A DNA stretch of 64,000 nt from a virus (taxonomy: Duplodnaviria > Caudoviricetes): positions 58,702-122,701 of IMG/VR virus record IMGVR_UViG_3300037400_001962; one strand, given 5' to 3'. The notes beneath the pieces are model-generated. The model was not told the DNA's origin and made no database searches. It saw only the letters and a list, made by a program, of their open reading frames with translations. Position 1 is the first letter of the stretch, and each line of letters opens with the position of its first letter. Of the stretch, positions 1 to 10,516 are shown in pieces. The translations under genes and the position numbers were made by a program.

Positions 1-2
1 TT

Positions 3-953
3 ATTGATCCAACATATGTCCGTAATCTAAAACTTTCTCCATCATATAATGAAACTACATTCGCGGCTGAGTATCTTGGTGTTTGGCTTGGTGGTAGTGA
101 TGAATCCTGGTTTGATTATTCTAAACTTACAAAATATCGAAAAATTAAAAATCCAGAATGGATTCAAAAATTTAGAGAAGAAAAAAATGTATTCTACTTA
201 ATATCAGTGGACGTAGGTAGATTACACGACTAGACTGTCGCATGTATATGGCGTGTGAATATTCGTGATAACAAATACTATGCAACTCTTGTAAATTTAT
301 TTGTCCTTGGCCGCCAAGCTCAAACAAAAACATTTATATAGCAGGCCGCAGATTTAAAAGGACTTATTGCGATTTATCGACCACGGGAAGTAGTTATAGA
401 TTGCAATGGCTTGGGTCTGGGTCTTGCTGATGAAATGATTAAAACTTAGTTAGATGAAAATGGTAACGAACTTCCTGCGTATGGATTTTTTAATAATGAT
501 GATTATAAAAAGATCTAGCCGAAAGACGCACCACAAATTCTCTATTCTTTGAAGGCCAATGGCCCTTTAAATTCAAAAATACATGGTAATGCCTACTCTC
601 GTATTAATAGTGGTATGGTTCGTTTTTTAATCAGCGAACAAGAAGCACGAACTGCATTACTTGCTACTAAAGTTGGTTAGAAAATGAAAACAGAAGAACG
701 TATAAAACGTCTTATGCCACATGAGCTTACTACAAAATTATTTGAAGAAATGTCTAATTTGCGGCTTAAGAAAAGTGGACTTGACATTGTACTTGAATAG
801 ATTAATCCTCGGTTCCCTAAAGATAAATATTCTGCTTTTGCCTATGGGTTATGGAGAATAAAAGAACTTGAAGAGGAAAACTATAAAAAAGTTGTTCGTC
901 GAGGAAATGGATAGAAGCGATAGTTAATTTTCTTTACTGGAGGACAAACTTAA
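3..953 (+). CDS. terL: Terminase large subunit, C-terminal nuclease part (5' end outside the window; TAG read as Gln)
   Basis: Frame from 3 is open to TAA 951-953 apart from TAGs (first at 231). Translation has RNase H-like terminase motifs (LISVDVGRLHDQT, VVIDCNGLG, KDKYSAFAYGL) and lies directly upstream of the portal. Confidence 0.85.
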
Positions 954-2446
954 TGGGAGAGACTAAACGAATTGATGATTTAAGCACTTTTAAGGCGATG
1001 ATCAAAGAAATGGTCGCAAAAAGTGAATAGTCTTGGAACGAGTCTTTAGGCTACTCTTTCCATTCTCAAAGGATAAGAGAATATACAAAGGAAGAAGTAG
1101 ATAATATCATTAATAGTAGTTCTTTACAGCAACAACAAGAGCTTTCTAGAAATTTCTTTTTTAAAGATGGTTTTTATAAACGTATTATTTTTTATTATGC
1201 TACGCTTTTGAAATACATAGGTATATTAATCCCTAATCCAAGTGCGGGTAATGAACTCTCCACCCCCTATGTACAAAAGCGATATAATAATGCCCTTGAT
1301 TATCTTGATAAGATAAATTTACCAGAATTATTAACAAGAATTTCAATGAAAGCACTTATAGATGGTTGCTATTATGGTGTGCTCCAGAATGTAAGTAGAA
1401 GCGATTTCGTAATTTTTGATTTACCAGCTAAATATTGTCGTTCTAATTTTCGTGACTTTCATGGTAATGATGTAATAGAATTTAATGTATTATATTTTAA
1501 TACAATTACAGATGAAAAAATAAGGCAACAAGCTTTGAAGATTTACCCAAAAGTTTTAGCAGACCATTATCGTAGATATAAAAAGTCTTAGGTAAAAACT
1601 CCTTGGGTAAAAGTACCAACTGATATTGGTTTTTGTTTCTCTTTCTCAGATGATAACAGACCATTATTTTTAGATGTAATTCCAGCTACAATGGATTATG
1701 ATGAAGCAGTAGATATTAATAGAGAGCGTGATTTAGAAGAAATTCGGAAGATTATTGTCCAAAAGATACCACATTTACAAGATGGTACGTTATTATTTGA
1801 GCCAAATGAAGCTCAAGTAATGCATGACGGCGCAGTCGGTATGATGCGTGGTAACAAAAATATAAGTGTCTTAACTACTTATGCTGATGTTGATTCTGTT
1901 GTATCAAATACTTCATCAGAAGCATCTACAAATGCGTTGGAAAAGAGTTTACAAAATATTTATTCTAATACTGGTGCTAGCGGGCAGCTTTTTGCGCCGA
2001 CCGGTAGTCAAGCTTTAATGATTTCTATTAAGAATGATATTGCGTTAATGATGGTATTAGGAAATAAATATTCTCGTTTCTTTACTTTTATTATTAATTC
2101 TCTTTTTGCAAATTCCAATGTAACATTTAAATACACATTATTACCGATTTCATATTATGATAGTAGTGATTATATTACTGATGCCTTTAAATTAGCACAA
2201 AGTGGTTATTCACTTTTATTACCATGTTTGGCTTTAGGCATTACACAAAAAGATTTGCTGAATTTGAAAGATTTAGAAAATAACGCTTTGAAATTAATTG
2301 ATAAACTAATACCGCCTGCTTCTGCATATACTGCGGGCACTGGAACTGGTAAAGTTGGTCGTCCAGAATTACCAGCAGATCAAAAGTCACAAAAGACCAT
2401 TTAGAACGAATAGGCTTTAGATAATAATGGAGGCTCAAATGAATAA
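953..2446 (+). CDS. Portal protein (TAG read as Gln)
   Basis: ATG overlaps the terL stop (TAATG) after GGAGG. Joins track ORFs 1208-1591 and 1691-2404 in one frame and ends at TAA 2444-2446. Size (~497 aa), position and C-terminal GRP motif fit a portal. Confidence 0.75.
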
Positions 2447-3800
2447 ACCATTATGCAAATTTACTGTACAAGTATATGGAGAATTAAATAAGTATAATGA
2501 AGTTTTGAGCAAGGCAAGATGCAGAATCTTTTATAAGTATGAAAATCGCAATGGTACTTATATTACTGATGAATTTGCAGAGAAGCTAATAAGTTCTCTT
2601 CCATATGTTCCAGTCAAAGGAATTTATTCCGATGAAGATTATACAGACCATGGTGTGCGGCGTGATCAGGGGCGTATTTATGGTATTGTCCCTGAAAACC
2701 CAAACGTAGCTTGGGAAGAATTTATTGATGACGATGGAATTACAAGAACTTATGCTTGTACAGATGTTTTGATTTTTACTGCTATATATGAAGAAGCAAA
2801 TGATATTATTGGTAAAAGTCAATCTATGGAATTATATCCACCTTCTTTAAAATATCATGAAGCTATTGTCCATAATAAGCGTTATATTGTTTTTGATGAT
2901 GGTTGTTTTTTAGGGCTTCAAGTATTAGGTGACAAAGTTGAACCTTGCTTTGAAGGAGCTTCATTTTATACTTTATAGAGTACAATAGAATATACTATTA
3001 ATTAGATAAAAAAATACGGAGGTACTAAAATGCCTAAAATTAATTTCAAACTCTCTGATGATGCTAAGTTTAGCGCATTATGGGCTTTACTAAATCCAGA
3101 GTTTAATGAAGAAGGCAACTGGACCATTAGTTATGGTATCTCAGCCGTTTATGATGATTATGCTTTAGCAGTTAATTATGAAACTGGTGAGATGAACCGT
3201 GTTTACTATTCTAAGAATGATGAAAATGATATGGTTGAACTCGGCGATATTGTTAAATGCTATATTGTTGATGTAACTGAGAATGAGAAATCTACTCTTG
3301 ATACACTTCGTTCTTTAAATGGTAATACTTATGAGTTAGTTAGTGATGTATTAACTAATGCTCAAGAGAATTTTGAAAAAGTTTCAGAATTTTCTACCAA
3401 AATTGAAGAGTTGAATGAAACCGTTTCTACTTTAACTACAGAGAGAGATAATGCTAATGCATCAATTGGTGAGTATACAACTCAACTTGAGACTGCAAAC
3501 GGCACAATCAATTCTTTAAATGAAGAATTAAATGCTTTAAAAGAGTTTAAGCTCAATATTGAGACTAAACAAAAAGAAGCTGTTATTGACGAGTATACTG
3601 AAAATCTGTCTGAGGAAATTATTGAGACTTATCGTGCCAAGATTTCTGAGTACAGCGTTGAAGAGCTTGACATGCGGCTGGCTTATGAGTTAAAGAAAAC
3701 TAATTCTTCTATTTTCACTAAGAATAGTGATGAGGGAATTGTCCCCAAAGATACTCAAACTGATGGAATAACCGCCATCTTATCAAAATATAAAAAGTAA
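2439..3800 (+). CDS. Prohead protease-like domain fused in frame (through two TAGs) to a coiled-coil scaffold domain; probable internal start at 3030
   Basis: Track ORFs 2427-2978 and 3030-3800 share a frame and are separated only by TAG codons. GGAGG precedes both ATG 2439 and ATG 3030. Lies between portal and capsid genes; the C-terminal half is an acidic coiled coil. Confidence 0.65.
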
Positions 3801-3816
3801 TTAGGAGGCTATTTAA

Positions 3817-4377
3817 ATGGCTAGAATGGTTATTGATGGTTTCGGCCAAGTTGAACTTAATAACGTAGCATTCCGTCGTGATGGCCGCATTGAGGCCCAG
3901 TGCGCTCTTGATACTGCTGCTTTTACTAGTAATGTTCCATGTGAAAATGGTATGATTCTTCGTGTTAAAAAAGCAGAGCATAAGATCACTTTCGCAGATG
4001 CTAGTGCCGCAAACCAACTTTATGCTTTAAATTATACTACTGAGCATATGTATGATGAGCGTAAACCCGGTCTGAAGAATTTCAGTCTGTCCGCTCAAAA
4101 GAATGAAAAGGGTCAGGATTTCTATCCTCGTGTAGGTTATCTTGCTGCTGGTGACCTTTGGACTACTAACTGCATTGATCTTGGTACTTATGCCAATACT
4201 TCTGCTGTTCAGTCTGCGCTTGCTTCCGGTACTGCTGTTTACGCTGCTGTTGGCACTCAGGGTGCTGTTGTCCTTGGCTCCGCCGCTCCTACTGTTGGTC
4301 CTGTGATTCAAGTTATTAAAAAGACTACTATGCCTGATGGACAAGAAGCTTTCCAACTTCAAGTTCTTTCAGTCTAA
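3817..4377 (+). CDS. Putative capsid decoration / head structural protein
   Basis: Intact TAG-free ORF with AGGAGG RBS and high-expression codon bias, immediately upstream of the major capsid gene. Confidence 0.55.
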   Translation: MARMVIDGFGQVELNNVAFRRDGRIEAQCALDTAAFTSNVPCENGMILRVKKAEHKITFADASAANQLYALNYTTEHMYDERKPGLKNFSLSAQKNEKGQDFYPRVGYLAAGDLWTTNCIDLGTYANTSAVQSALASGTAVYAAVGTQGAVVLGSAAPTVGPVIQVIKKTTMPDGQEAFQLQVLSV

Positions 4378-4396
4378 TTTAGGAGGGTAAATTATT

Positions 4397-5434
4397 ATGA
4401 CACTTAATGAATTAAAAGAACTTGCCCTTCATGCTGTTAGGGGTACTGCTCCTGATACCTTCACTGTTGAGAACGTTAATGACGCTTTCGCTGATGGCTT
4501 AAAGGAGTTTGCTGGTAGTTATAACCAGTTCATGAAGAATCGCTACGATCTGTATGATATTATTATTCAGTCTATTGACGAAATTCTTCCTCGTGATGTT
4601 ATGACCGCTATCGGTCAGTTTGCTGAAATCCAGTCCGTCGCCCAAGGACAAAAAGCTATGTTCCGTAAAAAGCTCGGCCGCGCCCGTGCTAAGAAATTCC
4701 TTACTCAGGTTGGTCTGAGTGGTGTTTATGAGACATTCCGTCTCGATAGCGAGACCTTCGAACTTGGTGCTCATGCCGTTGGTGGCGGTGCTACTATCGA
4801 CTTCGAGCGTATGCTTGATGGCGCTGAGTCTCTTGCAGAAGTTGTTGGTATTGTGACTGAGGGTCTGACCAATGCTGTGTATGTTGAGGTTCAGAAGGCT
4901 CTTGTTGCTGCTTATGCAGATATGCCTGCTACTAACCGTTATGCTGGCGCTTGGAACGCTGAGGAAATGGTTAAGCTGATGAATATTATCCGTGCTTACG
5001 GTCAGCCTGTTATCTTTGCTTGCCCTGAGTTCATCGCTGCTATGGGCCCTGATGCTATCGTTCCTGTGTCTACCGGTACTGGTCAAGGTGTTTACAGCCC
5101 CAAGGATATTGAAGCTATCCATGATACTGGTTTCATTAAAGTATTCCGTGGTGCTACTGTTGTTGAAATTCCTCAATCCTTTGTTGATGAGAATAACAAA
5201 GAGACTTACGTGAATCCTCGTTTCGCTTATGTTATGCCTGGTGGAGCTGAGAAGGTTGTTAAGGTTGTTCTTGAAGGCCAAACTCAGATTCGTGACCACG
5301 AGAATAAAGATAATTCTATGGAAGTTTACGCATGGAAAAAGATGGGATGCGCTATTCTGCATCACAACAACTGGGCTATCTATGAGAACACTTCTCTCAC
5401 CGATACCTCAGCTAAGGACATCTACGGTTTCTAA
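4397..5434 (+). CDS. Major capsid protein
   Basis: 345 aa, strong RBS, strong codon bias, TAG-free, followed by a terminator. Canonical position in the head module. Confidence 0.8.
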   Translation: MTLNELKELALHAVRGTAPDTFTVENVNDAFADGLKEFAGSYNQFMKNRYDLYDIIIQSIDEILPRDVMTAIGQFAEIQSVAQGQKAMFRKKLGRARAKKFLTQVGLSGVYETFRLDSETFELGAHAVGGGATIDFERMLDGAESLAEVVGIVTEGLTNAVYVEVQKALVAAYADMPATNRYAGAWNAEEMVKLMNIIRAYGQPVIFACPEFIAAMGPDAIVPVSTGTGQGVYSPKDIEAIHDTGFIKVFRGATVVEIPQSFVDENNKETYVNPRFAYVMPGGAEKVVKVVLEGQTQIRDHENKDNSMEVYAWKKMGCAILHHNNWAIYENTSLTDTSAKDIYGF

Positions 5435-5450
5435 TATAAACTAATATAAA

Positions 5451-5478
5451 GGGAAGGGATAATTCCCTTCCCTATTTT
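5451..5478 (+). terminator. Intrinsic terminator after the capsid gene
   Basis: GGGAAGGG-ataatt-CCCTTCCC followed by TATTTT. Confidence 0.7.
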
Positions 5479-5517
5479 AAAATACGCGCAAAGCGCAGGA
5501 GTAAAAGGAGAATAGTT

Positions 5518-5997
5518 ATGTCAGATAAAGTAAAAGTTATTAGTCAATATGATGGTCGTTGCGGTATTGACAATTCAGATCTTCGTATTTCCCGTCGGTG
5601 GCCCGCGCGCGGTTCACATGTGATGTTTGATAAAGAAGTTCTTGAAGAGCTTATGTATGACCAGGCCTTTAAAAACATGGTTGAAGAAGGTTATCTTTAT
5701 ATTGAAGATATGAATGTTAAAAAAGAGCTTGGTATTGAGAAAGAAGAAGCAACTACGCCAGCTATTATTTATTTAAGTGATAAAGAGTTAGAACGTTTTT
5801 GGAAAGTTATGCCATTAACGCAATTTAAAGTTGAAGTTAAAAAATTAACTAAAGTTCAACTTGATAGTCTTGCCGATTTTGCAATTAAACATGGCGATGA
5901 TGGTTCTATTCAAAAAGCGAATTATCTAACTGAGATTAGTGGTCGTAATATTCTTAAGGGGATTGAATTTTAGAAACAAATTGCTAAGGAGGGATAA
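5518..5997 (+). CDS. Hypothetical head/neck-region protein (TAG read as Gln)
   Basis: Track ORF extended through TAG 5971 to TAA 5995-5997, abutting the next start. Confidence 0.6.
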
Positions 5998-6000
5998 TAA

Positions 6001-6453
6001 ATGACCGACTTACAAGTAGTTTATGATGCTTTCTTAGCAAAACTTTTAGATGACGAATGGGGCGTATGGGAAGAAGAAGACATGCAAGAAGATTGGAAGT
6101 CTATCTTACACGGCGCGCTTCCATGGTTTAAATTTCCACGTGTTTCTCTTGAAATTGTTACCGATGAAGAAACTGGTGAAGAGAAGTTTGAAGAAGATTT
6201 AAATAACGAAGAAATTTAGATTTTAGCTACTTATATGAAATGTGAGTGGTTAAATCGTACTATACTAACATGGGAAAATGTGAAGCCACTTTATGATGAA
6301 AGAGATTTTTCACAGGCAAATTTAATTGATAAATTTAATTAGATGTTAGTATAGGAAAAGAAAAATGCGGCCAAGTTAGAGGCTGTATACTATAGATCTA
6401 TAAAGAGGAAGCCTTTTGATTATACTCAAATGGCAACTGCGATAGATGGCTGA
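6001..6453 (+). CDS. Putative head-tail adaptor (TAG read as Gln)
   Basis: Reads through 3 TAGs to TGA 6451-6453, overlapping the next start. Function inferred from position only. Confidence 0.5.
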
Positions 6454-6700
6454 AGTATTAGAAGGATATAATAATAATTTAAAAAATCGTTTATTTGGTT
6501 TACTTTGTGAATATGAAAAAGGCCGTGAATGGCAAAAGTTTTTAGATTCAATTTTAATTGAATTAATGTCATATCCAGAGGACTATAAAACGATAAATTA
6601 TTATAGATTATATACAAAAGTTTCTTCACTTCGTTATTTAAGTTATGAATACTTTAGAAGTACAGTTTTTGACTGTATGAGTTTATTATCAAAATTATGA
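6446..6700 (+). CDS. Hypothetical protein
   Basis: Intact 84 aa ORF, translationally coupled on both sides. Confidence 0.6.
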   Translation: MAEVLEGYNNNLKNRLFGLLCEYEKGREWQKFLDSILIELMSYPEDYKTINYYRLYTKVSSLRYLSYEYFRSTVFDCMSLLSKL

Positions 6701-7419
6701 GTTATTTTGATATTTATAAAATGCGGCTTAACCGTTTCGGTAATGATTATCAATCTCGTATTTAGGGAGAACGGGAACACTTATTTGATCTTTACTTATT
6801 AAAATCTATTTATAGAGTGGATTTTATGTATGAAGGCTAGCATTATGCTGGTAGTTTAGAAAGAAATAAACAAGATAATAGTGAAACAAGACAATATTTA
6901 TTAACTGATATAAATTTAAATATACCTAATGGGACTATTTTAATGATTCCTAATAAAGACAATATTAAAGTTCCATGGATGATTTATTATCTTGAGAATA
7001 TAAAAGCTAGTGGGTATAATAGATATATTGTACTAAAAATGACACATTTACTAAGATGGACTGCGCGCGATGGGTCAGAGCAAGAATCATATGCTTATAT
7101 GTATGGGCAAGAAGATAATATGCTTAAAAATGAAATTCGTTCGCGTTCGCGCATGGATACAATATATGAAGAGAATTTAAAACTTAGTTTTTTTGTTATA
7201 CCTACAAATAGTAATTTAAAAATCGATGATTATTTTATTATTGGCGAAAAGCCATTACAAGAATATTATCGTGTAACTGGTTTTGATATTTAGTCTACTC
7301 CTGGTGTTGAGTTTGTAAGCGTTGATCCTATTTATGAATTTGATTTAACACCGCCGCCAGAAAAACAATAGGAAGATGATTCAGAAGATTATTTCTGGTT
7401 TAATGGAGGTCAAGAGTAA
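6697..7419 (+). CDS. Putative head closure / neck protein (TAG read as Gln)
   Basis: ATGA overlap at 6697; in frame with track ORF 6943-7293; ends TAA 7417-7419. Confidence 0.55.
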
Positions 7420-7916
7420 TGGCTAACGGCACTAGAAATTTAAAAGATTTAGGACCTAATTTACAAAAGATAGTTTCTCGTTTATAGAGTAATCAAAATT
7501 TATTAAAACTTCTTTATTACACTGATAAAGATCCATTAAATAAAGAAGATTTAACTTCTGAGCAAATTAAAAATGATGTTTATGAGAAGTTAATAAAGGT
7601 TATCCCAAGAATTGGTAGCAAAGAAACTGCACAAAGTATGGTAACTATGCGTGTAGTGCGCGGTCGTAGTAATCCAGGTAATGAAGAATTTAGAGATTTT
7701 GAAATTGCTATTGAAGTTTTTGTACCATTGACGCAATGGTTTATAAAGGATTCAAATTTGCGGCCATTTGCTATTATGGGAGAAATTCATAAGTCTTTAA
7801 ATAATAAAACTATTAATGGTCTTGGTAAAATGTCTGGCGGAGATTTTTAGATTAACTTTTTAACTGATGAAATATGCAGTTATGAAATGGTATATTATAT
7901 AACTTCTTATGATTGA
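7419..7916 (+). CDS. Putative tail terminator / completion protein (TAG read as Gln)
   Basis: TAATG coupling with GGAGG RBS; contains track ORF 7638-7850; ends TGA 7914-7916. Confidence 0.5.
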
Positions 7917-8652
7917 TAGTTATTCTTTTTTAAGTATCCCTTTCCAATTTTAGAATGTTTGTAAAATCTATCCGCCGAAAATAAAAGAAATTTTATCTGA
8001 ATCTAATTATCCAGTTTATAAAAAACTTTTCTTTAGTAGTCAAGAAGATATTGAGGATGAATTCACTGAATAGAAATTACCTATGGATTCTGTTCCAACT
8101 CCTTTTGAATATTTATTTGAGTTAGCTAAAGATTATCGCATAAAAAAATACATTCTTGATGGATTAGAGTTTTTTATTAAAGAACCAGTAATTCTATTAT
8201 TAGATCAAAAATTAATTATTGTTGGTGATTTAAAAGAAACTCTTCCATAGTTAAAATCTATTGAAGATTTACGAATGATAAATAAAGATAATTATTTTGA
8301 TTTTCAAAATGCTCTGCGGCGCGCGGTTGGTGAAAAAGAAGCCGAACCATATAATCCAAATGAGAACCCAAAAGTAAAGTATTTTAAGGCAAAAGCTCGT
8401 TTACGTGATAGAGTAAAAGCAAAATCTAAAAATGCACTTACCTTAGGAGCTACTTTAGCATCAATTTGTTGTATGGGTATTGGAATAACTCCACTTAATG
8501 TCGGAGAGTTAAGCTAGGCCGCCATATCAGTTATTATGAGATACTATCAAGAGAAATAGAAATATGATATTGATATATAGTCTTTAATTGCTGGTGCGGA
8601 TAGCAAAAAAGTAAAACCGCAATTTTGGATTAGAAATATTGAAGATTTATAA
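7909..8652 (+). CDS. Hypothetical tail-module protein, possibly an assembly chaperone (TAG read as Gln)
   Basis: Open from ATG 7909 to TAA 8650-8652 when TAG is sense; contains track ORF 8275-8517. Confidence 0.55.
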
Positions 8653-8670
8653 TATAGGAGGTCATTTTAA

Positions 8671-9612
8671 ATGGCTAGTATTTTAGATCGTTACGGCATT
8701 AAAGAAGTTGCCGATGTAACATTCTATAAGATCAATTCTGATGGTACTCCTGGTGCTCCTGTACTATTTCTTGATACTTTGAAAGTATCTACAATCGAGC
8801 AAACTGCTGAACAAGTTGATGCTCGTGGTGGTAAAGGTAATCCCAAACTGATTACTTGGGACTATGGTAAGGAGATCACTCTTACTCTTGAAGATGCTCT
8901 ATTTAGCCCTAAGTCTATGGCCATTATGCTTGGTGATGGTACCGTTGCCCAAGGTACTGCTGGTTATATTCGTAAAACTGGTGTTGTTCGTTTAGGTAAT
9001 ACTGTTGGCACTGGTGCTAGTGCAAAAGTTAAATTCTTAAATGATTACATTACTGTTGACGTATATGATGCAAATGAAGGCAGTAAGCGTGTTAAATTAT
9101 ATCTTGGGAACGGCGATGCTCCAGCTGGAGAAGTGGCTTTTACTAATCAACTTGCTTTCTTAGTAAACGGTGAAACTGCAAAACTATATGATGAAGATGG
9201 TACGGTTCTTGAGAATGCTCTTACTATGGCAAAATTAAAGAGTTATTACACTACTGGTATTACTCCAAATGAAAACCAAATTCTTGATGGCCATAAAGTT
9301 ATGTTTACTTATTGGGTAAAGGCTACTACAAAGACTATTACTGTTTCTGGTGATACTTTCCCAGGTACATATTATATTCAAGGTGATACCTATTCTCGCT
9401 CCGATGTTGACGGACGTGATCAGTTCTTCCAGTTTATCGTTCCTAAAGCTAAGTTAACTGCTGAGCAAACAATTACTCTTGAGGCCGAGGGTGATCCTTC
9501 AACCTTTAATATGAATCTGACTGTTCTTCGTCCAGAATCTGGCGAAATGATGAAGTTAGTGCAGTATGACCTTGAAGTACCAGTAGGAACTGATGATGGT
9601 TCTGCGGGTTAA
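8671..9612 (+). CDS. Major tail (tube) protein
   Basis: 313 aa, TAG-free, strong RBS and codon bias, tube-like motifs (ARGGKGNPKLITWD; EGDPSTFNMNL), followed by a terminator and upstream of the tape measure gene. Confidence 0.75.
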   Translation: MASILDRYGIKEVADVTFYKINSDGTPGAPVLFLDTLKVSTIEQTAEQVDARGGKGNPKLITWDYGKEITLTLEDALFSPKSMAIMLGDGTVAQGTAGYIRKTGVVRLGNTVGTGASAKVKFLNDYITVDVYDANEGSKRVKLYLGNGDAPAGEVAFTNQLAFLVNGETAKLYDEDGTVLENALTMAKLKSYYTTGITPNENQILDGHKVMFTYWVKATTKTITVSGDTFPGTYYIQGDTYSRSDVDGRDQFFQFIVPKAKLTAEQTITLEAEGDPSTFNMNLTVLRPESGEMMKLVQYDLEVPVGTDDGSAG

Positions 9613-9631
9613 TTGAATATTTAAGATCACG

Positions 9632-9658
9632 GCGGAGGAGGTTTCTCTTCCGCTTTTC
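9632..9658 (+). terminator. Intrinsic terminator
   Basis: GCGGAGGAG-gttt-CTCTTCCGC followed by TTTT. Confidence 0.65.
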
Positions 9659-9675
9659 TATTAGGAGGAAAAAGG

Positions 9676-10461
9676 ATGGATGAAAATTTAAGCTCTTTTA
9701 AAACTTTAGAGCAAGTTCATATAAAAGCTACTTAGGATATAGAGATAAATGGTAGAACTTTTCAAGAAGGCGAAACTATTGCTTTTTTTGATAAGATTTA
9801 GGTTGCTGGATTGAATGAATTAAAAAATTATGTGGTGGCGCGCGGTGGCTATGATAATCGTGGGCTTGTGTATTGGGAAACAACAAAAGAATTAAGGTTA
9901 ACTTTTTCACAAGGTGTATTTTCTAATTTATAGTTTGGTCTTTTAAATAATGCTCAAATGATTTAGTATGGTGAAGATGAACCATTATTAATTACTAAAA
10001 CAGAAGAATTAGAAAGTAATGAAAATGGGGAAATCATAACTACAGAAGAAGCTGTTGATTAGATTTTTATATATGATAAAGATACTGGTGAAAGATTAAA
10101 TTCTTAGAAGGTTGGGCAAAATTTAAAAATAAATGAAGGATATAAAAATCTAGTTGTAAGATATAGATATAATTATACTGGTGGCGCGAGCGTGGCAAAA
10201 ATTGGTTAGCAATTCTTACGCGGGTTCTTAGAATTAGAGGGAAAAACGAGGGTAAAGGACGATACGTCTGGACTTATTACTACAGGAATTATTAAAATTC
10301 CAAAACTAAAATTAATGTCTGGCTTATCTATAAGATTGGGTACATAGGCGAACCCGGTAGTTGGTACTTTTGAAGCGGTCGGTGTACCTGTAGAAATGAG
10401 ACATAATAGCTATGTAGCTGAGTTTTGTTTCTTAAATAATGATATAGATAGTGATATGTAA
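9676..10461 (+). CDS. Tail tube paralogue / minor tail protein (TAG read as Gln; absent from the ORF track)
   Basis: AGGAGG, ATG 9676, open to TAA 10459-10461 apart from TAGs. VVARGGYDNRGLVYWETTKELRLTFSQGVFS aligns with VDARGGKGNPKLITWDYGKEITLTLEDALFS of the major tail protein. Confidence 0.7.
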
Positions 10462-10466
10462 GATTG

Positions 10467-10500
10467 TCAGCATTAGTTTTAGCTAATGCTGATTTTATTT
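10467..10500 (+). terminator. Intrinsic terminator / hairpin before the tape measure gene
   Basis: TCAGCATTAG-ttttag-CTAATGCTGA followed by TTTTATTT. Confidence 0.65.
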
Positions 10501-10516
10501 TATATGAGGTGTTAAA

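Noticed and set aside
3718-5365. Long - strand ORFs (3718-4017, 4027-4362, 4499-5365) and similar antisense ORFs over dnaE, ssb and gyrA
   Set aside because: Antisense shadows of genes with strong codon bias; no RBS or recognisable motifs.
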